The notes under the pieces are model-generated. The model did not search any database, was not told where the DNA came from, and saw nothing but the letters and a program-made list of their open reading frames with translations. A DNA stretch of 55,509 nt, the filler included, from Sphacelaria rigidula (taxonomy: Eukaryota), in NCBI GenBank assembly GCA_964200075.2. It is 4 parts of 4 records of this genome, joined end to end, with 100 filler letters (N's around TTAATTAATTAA, not from the genome) between each part and the next. Parts side by side here need not be neighbours in the genome. Positions count along the whole stretch, not along the records: positions 41,710 to 55,509 come from CAXNAA020002659.1; 3 more parts are not named here. One strand, given 5' to 3'. A program made the position numbers and the translations under genes. Below, piece after piece: positions 47,801 through 55,509 of this stretch. Position 1 is the first letter of the stretch. The number at the start of each line of letters is the position of its first letter.

Positions 47801-48787
47801 GAAACTAAGACAACCTCGTTCATCCAATGTTGCGCAATGACCCACAGCACAGTTGTGCAAAATTTCAGGGTCCAACTCAATTGAACGGCATTAGGTTTTC
47901 CGCTTTTGAGCGATGAACTTTGACGTACCGCGGTGAAACCGTATACCACTTGATTTTGGTACGAAAACGGCGTTTTTGGGCCTTCTTTGACGTGAACATG
48001 AAAATTCGAGCACCAGTTGATCGAGTTTTGCGACGAAATTTTGTGGGACCTTTCCTTGGGTTATGCGACGACAGCTCGTTCATGAAAAAATGAAAAAAAA
48101 TACTGTAGTGCCGGTTTTGCGGGGTCCCATAATGGAGACGACTGCGAAAAACGACTTGGATCCCGTCGGACCCCCGAAAAGCGGTGAAATACTCACGAAA
48201 TAAGAAAAAAATCGTCCATGGAAAGTTGCGTAATGACAACTAGCATATTTGTGCAAAGTTTCAGGGTCTAACTCCTAATAACGGTGTGACGGTTTACGCG
48301 TTTGTGGAGGACGTGGGCTTGAAACGTGCAACGCCTAACTACTTGGTTTTAGTATGGAATGTCTTTATCGGTGAATTTTACGGCAAGGCAAAAAAAATGA
48401 ATGAGGTTTTCGACTTTCTCCACCAAACTTTGTACATGTGTTCCTTGGACTACCTCCGGGACGCATCATTTTATCATTTTCTTTCGGGATCTTCTGTACC
48501 GCTTTGATGGGGTCTTCATACTGGGGCCCCCGGAAGCCGGTAGAAAACGGAGAAACCATGAAACATTGGCAAGGACACAATTTTTCTATTTGGAGCATCA
48601 ATATCTACGGAACTGCCAAGTTTGAGGACAAATGAGCTTTTCTACAACAGATATCGGGGACACCGTCGCGAGGCTCCCTGGGTCTTTCGTGCGTATCATT
48701 AGTGGGAATAAGACGACGCCAACACCCGACATCACCGAAACATCACGGTTTCGGGTATAATTCGACCCCCGGGGTAACCGTTTTCAA

Positions 48788-50255
48788 CGAGGGGCCCCAT
48801 ATCGGGAAATCCATGCACCATCCCCTCTTTCGCCGCACAAACCTCATTCTGGGGTTGGAGGAGGGGGGGGGGGGTACCCGGTTTATTGGGGGGTACCCCC
48901 CTGATCTCTGGATGATGGCGATAGTAGTTGCTGTACAGCACCGCACGTGTTTGCCGGTAACGTCAGCCTGCGCCGGTTGTACCGAAACGGTAGGTGGTAC
49001 TGTAGGGGTAAGTCGAAGCAAGTAGAGAAGAACATGTCCGCAGAAGCAGGGAGTGGAGATCAAAGCGCTGAGGGTACCGGCGCTGGAAGTGTGACGCAGA
49101 TTCCAGAAGTCTTGCAAGGGGTGAACGTGAAGTGGGCACGCACGCCTGGCACCCAGGAGTTTGCATGGATCTGCCCTTGCGGACATAACAATACATTAAT
49201 TACATTTCATCACTGCCGCTACCTCCATGTTTGATATTCTTTTTCGCAACACCACGGCCATAACATTCCCCTTCGCAACCTCTCCCTCTATTGTGTCGCA
49301 GTGCAGTATGAATTGCGATATGTAGATATAGGCGTTGTACGAACACGGCTGTCTGCCCAAACACGGGCAAAGTACGTGATTCTCTGCAACTCACACATTG
49401 TGCACGTCGCTAATATCAGAACATTTTCGTATCGGCTGGTGACATCACAAAGTCAACTTACTGCATGTACGTTTCAGTCATTTGGTAGAGCCGGTCGCCC
49501 CGGTGGCTCAGTTGGTAACGTCGAAACCTTCTGACAGTTGGGTCGTGGGTTCAATTCTCGGAGCGATCTGGGATTTTTCTCACACAATGCCCAACAGTGG
49601 AGAGCGACTATGTCGTGGGTACACAAAATTCGACCTGACGCTCGACGAGGGAAAGGGACTGCTGAGCGCCTCTCGCAATAAGAAATGAAGGCATGCACCG
49701 CAGAAGGACGGGGGGGGTACTAAAAACAAATAAAAAAGAAAAAGCTGCCGTGTTGATCTTCCTCCTGTGTGACCCCGGCTGGTGCGCCCACATGTACCGA
49801 AAGGTGTAGACCGGCGCCCAGAATAGATGAGATGAAAACACACATAACACAACACAGTGGCAGTACAGAACTGTTCGTCGTACACCGCCCTCCTTAGCAT
49901 GGCGGCCGTATCACTGCGATAGTACCAGGTCGGTAACAACCGATCTTGCAAAAGCCAGCGGCACTCGGCATTCATTATCCAGTAATCACCGCGACTCAAA
50001 AGTCATTTTCCAGTCGGCAAAATTGCTCCCCGATCGCCACAAGAACAAGTGACACACACCAAAACTCCTCGATTTTGGGTTGCTCACGTTGAGGCGAACC
50101 TGGAGATATCTAAATGATCGTTCAATTCCGTGTACTAGTGGAGAAATAGGAAGAATGAGGTTTTTCCCAAATGGATTTGGCAATTTCCTCATTCTCGACC
50201 GCGGGTAGGGGGGGGGTAGCGGTGGTGCATGGATTTCCCGATATGGGGCCCCTCG
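48788..50255. mobile_element. Non-autonomous DNA transposon with perfect 33-bp TIRs and 8-bp TSD (hAT/P/Merlin-type TSD length)
   Basis: TIR CGAGGGGCCCCATATCGGGAAATCCATGCACCA at both ends. TSD GTTTTCAA at 48780-48787 and 50256-50263. Confidence 0.92.
49490..49840 (+). mobile_element. tRNA-derived SINE, family A (copy 1)
   Basis: GCCGGTCGCCCCGGTGGCTCAGTTGGTAAC (A box), GGTTCAATTC (B box), body, and AGATGAGATG tail. The head is repeated at 55438. Confidence 0.78.
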
Positions 50256-51244
50256 GTTTTCAAACATATTTTTCACGTTGGATCCCCGAGCCCATGACGG
50301 TTACGCCGATTTGAAGCATGTGGAGATTGGGTGAAAATTGAGCTTGGAATTCGTAATTTCGATCTCGGAATAATATGACGGGCGCTGATTGGTCGATATA
50401 CCTTTTCGCCCTTAGCGCTACCACTACGGCCTTACACACAAATCTGGCTATGTCACGCTCTTCAGTTGTCCATGGCGGTCAGTATGATATGATGTATGTG
50501 ACTTTTGGGTAGGTATTGTGAAGGGCATTTGCTGATGACACAATTTTGGGTGATAAGCGTGAAACAGCCTGTAGCTTGACCTGAACAGAAGAGGATAGAA
50601 CACATCTCCCGTCTTCGCACAGTCAAGACAAGTTCATGTTCCGAAAAGACAGGAGAAACGAACAGCGCAATCTCCCCTATGCATCAATAGCCCGCAGAAG
50701 GATGAAGAGTAAACAACGATAAGAGCAGTTAAGTTCTGCATCTGACATCCAGAAGCTGCTATCATCGGCGTCAATCCACCCGACACCGCCATCTCCTACC
50801 TAGTACGCAGCTCATCAAGTGACTAAACAAGGAATGAATATAGTCGGGAAAAAATAACTTTTGGACCCCGTTCCATCCGAGTAGTACATGAATGCAGTAT
50901 TGAGCTTGTCTTTTTGTTTTTCGGTAATACGAAAGTAATGACACCATCACAGAGTGGAGCAGTCAGGCGGTCAGCGACGAAAAAACGGCCATCTTCTTCC
51001 CGTTCACGAAGGAAAAGAGTCCCAAGGGGTGAACATACCCCACTCAACAATCAAGCAATTCTTCAAAGAGGGGCGTTCGATTGACTCATCCCGAGCGAGG
51101 TCAAAGATATCAATCCACTGAGAAAAACATAACGTGCAAGGCAAATGGGCGTCTACCGACCATTCAGCTGGGCATGGTGTGAACATAGGAAACCGTCCAG
51201 TGTTGCCGAGTAGCAGCAATTCGCGTGGCTCTCAAAAACCGTTA

Positions 51245-51347
51245 GGGGTGGTGCATCCATCATCTTGCACGCGATAGTCATAAGACCGTTGACCTCATAC
51301 CCCTACAAAGCCGGGACGGAGCGCGCCACGTTTTCGCCGGACCAAGC
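51245..51347. repeat. Second copy of the 26686-26793 repeat
   Basis: Direct sequence similarity to 26686-26793. Confidence 0.8.
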
Positions 51348-52420
51348 GAAAATCAATCACCAAGCGCAAAGCGCCGTGATATGTTCGGCGAGTCGTATGA
51401 GGGGTGACCTGTATCCTGCCAAGATTCTTCGTTCCGAAGCGCACTGCCTATCTTGCATCTGGATGACAACCTCGAGTTGCTTCATTTTCACGTATCGCCA
51501 CTTCCGGAGACAGTCACGGGTTACACCACCTCATGGACATCTCACCATTTCAACATTACGTAGTATGATCATCCTCTTCGCATGGAACTGAGGTTCTCCA
51601 TCCCGCACAATATGATCCAGCATGACCACCATCATGGTTATCACAAAAAACGCAAGCGAGAAGAAAGTGGTAACCTGGCTGCCTAGCTAACGTAATGAGT
51701 GGCGTTTCTTACACTAATATTTGCGCTGAACAGTACCTAAGCTGCTGCACTGTTGCTGTGTCTCCCTCTGTTAGAATTGGGTTGGAAACACAGTTCTGTA
51801 TATATTTACGAAGTTGGAAAGGTCACGTGATGGCTGTGCAGCAGTTGTATTTTCTTCGGGTGCTGCTGTCCAGGTGCGAAACCCCTCCTTTCCAGTTTTG
51901 TGTCATGAGACATTTTGTTTTTCCTCTCAAATTCATAGAAGAGAAAAAACGGTATCGAAATCGGACACAATTTTTGTGTTGATGTTGTCCCACAAGAGTT
52001 GGCCCGAGGCAGTGAGTTTTCACCCCGAGCCTCCCAAGCCACAGATTCAGGTAGGCAACGTGGCGCCGAAAGATCGAAACGTTTCGGCTGCGTATTGTTG
52101 AAGAACGCGAAGATAACCGTTACTGTTTGATGAAAGAAAAGAATGCAGGGATTTATATCAGCAGCAGCACCAAGCATGGAGGGAACAGCAGTTCATGGAA
52201 AATGTGATGCACTGGAAAAAATGGAGGGGGTATCGCCACCCACAACAGCAAACAAAGTTGTCATGCCGCATGCAACCGCATCACATATCAACAACAGAAG
52301 AATACGCATCCCGGGAAAGACGTTAAAGGGGTCCTGCTAAAACTGAACAAAGTCGATGTGCAGCACTATACAACACCGCACACCGACCGATGACACACAC
52401 GTTCTGTCGGAAGGGCTAAC

Positions 52421-52614
52421 GCAGCGTTCAGGCCCGGGCTCAGTTAGTAACGCTCGACTCGAGCGATCCGAAGGGCTGCCGGGCGTATAGTTTGCATCTG
52501 GCGCTCCCAAAAGCCCTGAAAGGCTGCAAGAGGTATAGGCACCGGCCAGGTAATCCGTTATGTTGTTGTATTCAGTTGAGGATCCACGGGAGGTGGGTTC
52601 GAAGCTTGAACTGC
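52421..52614 (+). ncRNA. Degenerate tRNA-like / Pol III element with a structured insert at the anticodon loop
   Basis: A-box-like GGCTCAGTTAG (52437) and B-box-like GGTTCGAAGC (52596) with several nested complementary segments between them. Confidence 0.3.
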
Positions 52615-55437
52615 GGATTGCAAGGTGGAAACATCCAATCTCAACAGGCTCGCATTCGGTTTAGGATCTAAGGCAGATTCCGCCGGAGAACGCCATATCG
52701 ACGTTTGCGTGCAGCAGATCATAGCTGCTCGAAAGACGTCGGATATCTCGCAAAATCATCTTGCCTACACGGATCCATCAAGTGCCGAGAGCCCTGCAAT
52801 GTAGACTGAGATCAGCTTTCGGAAATAGATCAATCAAGGGGTTACCGATCGGTAGATCATTATTTCCGTCACATTATCTCGATGTCTCGAACCTGTGGTC
52901 ACAGAGTGCAAAGAGCATATCATCCATATCCATAAATTAAGCAGTGATCAGAGGAAGGCGTATAAATATGACCGTGAATTAATCGTATCTCATTTTAGGG
53001 TCTGCAGCAGGTTTAGCGTTTCTCCTGCCGTCTGAAAACGCAACATCGACTTTTCGCTTGCCGCATGAGACGATAGCTGCTGAAGGGACATGGAAGAGCT
53101 CACGAAATAATTTTGCCTTCAAGGATACGTCGAGTGACACGAACATTGCACTGTGAGCTGAGATCAGCTTTAGAGGGTCCATCCCATCAAGTGGTGACCT
53201 CTCGAAATAAAAATGACACACTTTTGCTATTTCGGATGAGGGAGCCCCCAATGTCCTACCGGAGCTTAGGAGTTTGTTGTTGGGTACAGCAGTACAGTGT
53301 AGGCTTAAATCAAGAAGAGCGGGCATATTTTGAAGAGCCTGGAGAGTAGACCCGTATGAGAAAACGCTTGAAAAATCTGCTGATCGTCCATCTTCTCCGG
53401 GGAAAACCTTGACGAGTGCACTCGAGTTGGAAAAATAACGCATCTCACCGTCTCCCCAAACAAGGAAGCGAAATTTATTCCCACAACTTCCATGAGAGTG
53501 TCGTGTGCCCTACCGCTCTCTGTGGGCGAGTGAGCAACGCTGTTCGGTACGGCACTACAATGCGGGGAAGAGCAATAACGGCAGGTTTTGAGGGGCTTGG
53601 AGAGAGGATCCGAACGGGTAAAAATCTGAAACTAACGCTCATTGTCTGCCTTCTTCGGATAAAAAAAAATCACGAAGTAGATTCTTGCTTTAAGAACATA
53701 GCACACACCTCACCGACTCTCCAAACAAGAAAGTGAACTTTACTTCCTACAATTATAGCCTTTCGTCATCATCTGCTGGGTCGTGCTCGGTGGCCGAGTG
53801 GGCAACGCTGTCGGGAAGTACGGCAGTACAGTACGGGGCAGCGCAAGTCTACAGAGGTGTGTGAACCCGACGTCGAAGTTCTTGCAAAAAGGACCCACGC
53901 ACTCTCCCTACAACGGGCGTTCTTTGTCGGAAAAGCGGTGCCGGGTGCCGGGCGATGTCATGATGTCCTTGACGCGATGGAACCGTTCGATTCTGGACCA
54001 GTTTGTTCGTCGGTGAGAGAGCCGCGAAACGAGAAAACTGAACCGCAACACAGTTCCCGCGAAAAAGCCGACAAGTTGGTTGACGCCGAGAGCGGATGGG
54101 TTCGGATGTACATGTCGAAAACGAAACTGTACGTTGAGTTTAGCCGATGTGTTTGCCGGTGGGGAAAATAAGCTGGTACAGAATTAATTATGCGGGTGCT
54201 TTTGTTGATATTGCTGGGGGATTTGGCAGCGGGCGTGCCGACTGCATGGGGTATACGAGGCGCTCGCACCCGCTTCGAGAAGGTTCATCGTCCAAGTACA
54301 GATGCTGCGACTTCGACAAAACCTCTCCCCAAATAAGACACCAACAGCTGATGAGAACTTTCACCGCCAGGGGTGGTCATCCATCCCTTCTCAGGTAAAA
54401 ATGATTGAGGAGTCAAATAAACTTCCCCAGTGGCTAACGGCCCCGACGCGCCTGAAGGGAGGTTGGAAAAAGTGGAGAAAACACCTTCAGATTAAAACAG
54501 GGATATCTGGGTCTGCTGGGCCGTTCGCAGCGCGTTGTCACACTCATCAAGGCACGTGTCAAAGTTCGGCAATCTTGCTGACACCTTCTCTTAGTTTCGC
54601 ATACACAGCTAAGATTGATGATGCACGAAAAAAGAAGACAAGTGCACAAATCCTGACCCCCCTACTCAACATACTGTAGACCTACCCCACTGCAATCCCA
54701 TCAGGGAAATTTTAAAACTCGAAAAACTCGGTTCCGTGCCCTTCCTACGACCTAATAGCGGACATGTATACATGTACCTTCGCCATGATCCACAATAGTG
54801 GAGAGGGACCGTCATGGGAATATCAAAGGACGGTGTGGGTTCAAGCGACATCGATGGTAACGACCATGGTGAAAGTTCGACCGCTGCCCATGGATTTTAC
54901 TCCACCACGAGAATCTTTTCTGTAGAGTGCGAATCCTATGACAGCGATTCGGAGACGATGGATTCGGGATCTGGCCCCGACGTGGAGCCGAACGATGATA
55001 ATTTCAGGGTTCGATTCTGCAATGTTGTTCGATGAGAGGAACGACTGTTGTCCACGGTTCATGTGTCACGTCACAAGCGATATGGGCGAATGCTGTTTCC
55101 GAAGAAAACGGAGGGGTCTACATGACGGAGTCTTCGTTTGTTTGTGTACATGGTTCCGGTGTTTCGCTGCATCCGTTGGCACTGTAGGGGTGGCTCACGC
55201 TTGAATTCACCCCTCGAGAGAGTCATGAGTGCATGGAGAAATGTCGATGGGGAACCCAGGGTGTTTATAAATGCGGTGAATGTTACGGTGAATGTCCTAC
55301 TCTTGCGAAATATTATGAATGCATTCGGTATGTTTCCTGCACTGAACGCTGGAAGCCCGTAAATATCCGCAAGTGCAAGTCAAGTATTTCGAATGTACAC
55401 AGAGTCGACGCGAACAATGTATATGATGCATAGTCTA

Positions 55438-55509
55438 GCCGGTCGCCCCGGTGGCTCAGTTGGTAACCTCGTAACCTTCTGATGGTTGAGTTGTGGGGTT
55501 CGATTCCCG
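55438..55509 (+). mobile_element. tRNA-derived SINE family A head, truncated by the window end
   Basis: GCCGGTCGCCCCGGTGGCTCAGTTGGTAAC...GGTTCGATTCCCG. Confidence 0.78.

Larger units (their letters stand above)
47575..50571. mobile_element. Tc1/mariner-type TIR element, copy 2, with nested insertion
   Basis: TA|CAGGTTGGTTCAGGCTCACCACCCAAAA ... TTTTGGGTGATAAGCGTGAAACAGCCTG|TA. 2997 bp minus the 1476-bp insertion gives 1521 bp, versus 1516 bp for copy 1. Confidence 0.88.

Noticed and set aside
49490-49570. Functional tRNA-Gln(CTG) genes here and at 55438
   Set aside because: The D and T stems do not pair properly, the two copies differ in the stems, and the first continues into a SINE body.
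52383-52415. Hammerhead ribozyme (CCGATGA...GGAA)
   Set aside because: The core deviates from CUGANGA/GAAA and stems I and III cannot be formed.

Overview
Eukaryotic nuclear DNA, most likely a brown alga (Phaeophyceae). This is inferred from the GT-AG intron style, the 'WPASLQQL'-type FNIP repeats and the repeat families. The window is not one locus: three identical 100-nt linkers (N44-TTAATTAATTAA-N44) join four scaffolds of 13804, 13803, 13802 and 13800 bp, the pattern of a length-sorted concatenation. Scaffold 1 holds a hypothetical Ser/Pro/Arg-rich ORF and a decayed F-box-like/FNIP-repeat gene whose central 66-bp array is pristine and hypervariable. Scaffold 2 holds a complete 9-exon, 620-aa KamA-family (lysine 2,3-aminomutase-like) radical-SAM gene with a probable mitochondrial presequence. 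Scaffold 3 is almost all transposon debris. Scaffold 4 holds part of an ankyrin-repeat gene (one repeat per phase-0 exon) and a three-level nested transposon stack. Across the window are 441-bp foldback elements, TA-flanked Tc1/mariner-type MITEs, an 8-bp-TSD TIR element, two tRNA-derived SINE families sharing a central core, orphan retroposon 3' ends and small satellites. I saw no CRISPR array, rRNA or convincing functional tRNA. All alignments and folds were done by eye.
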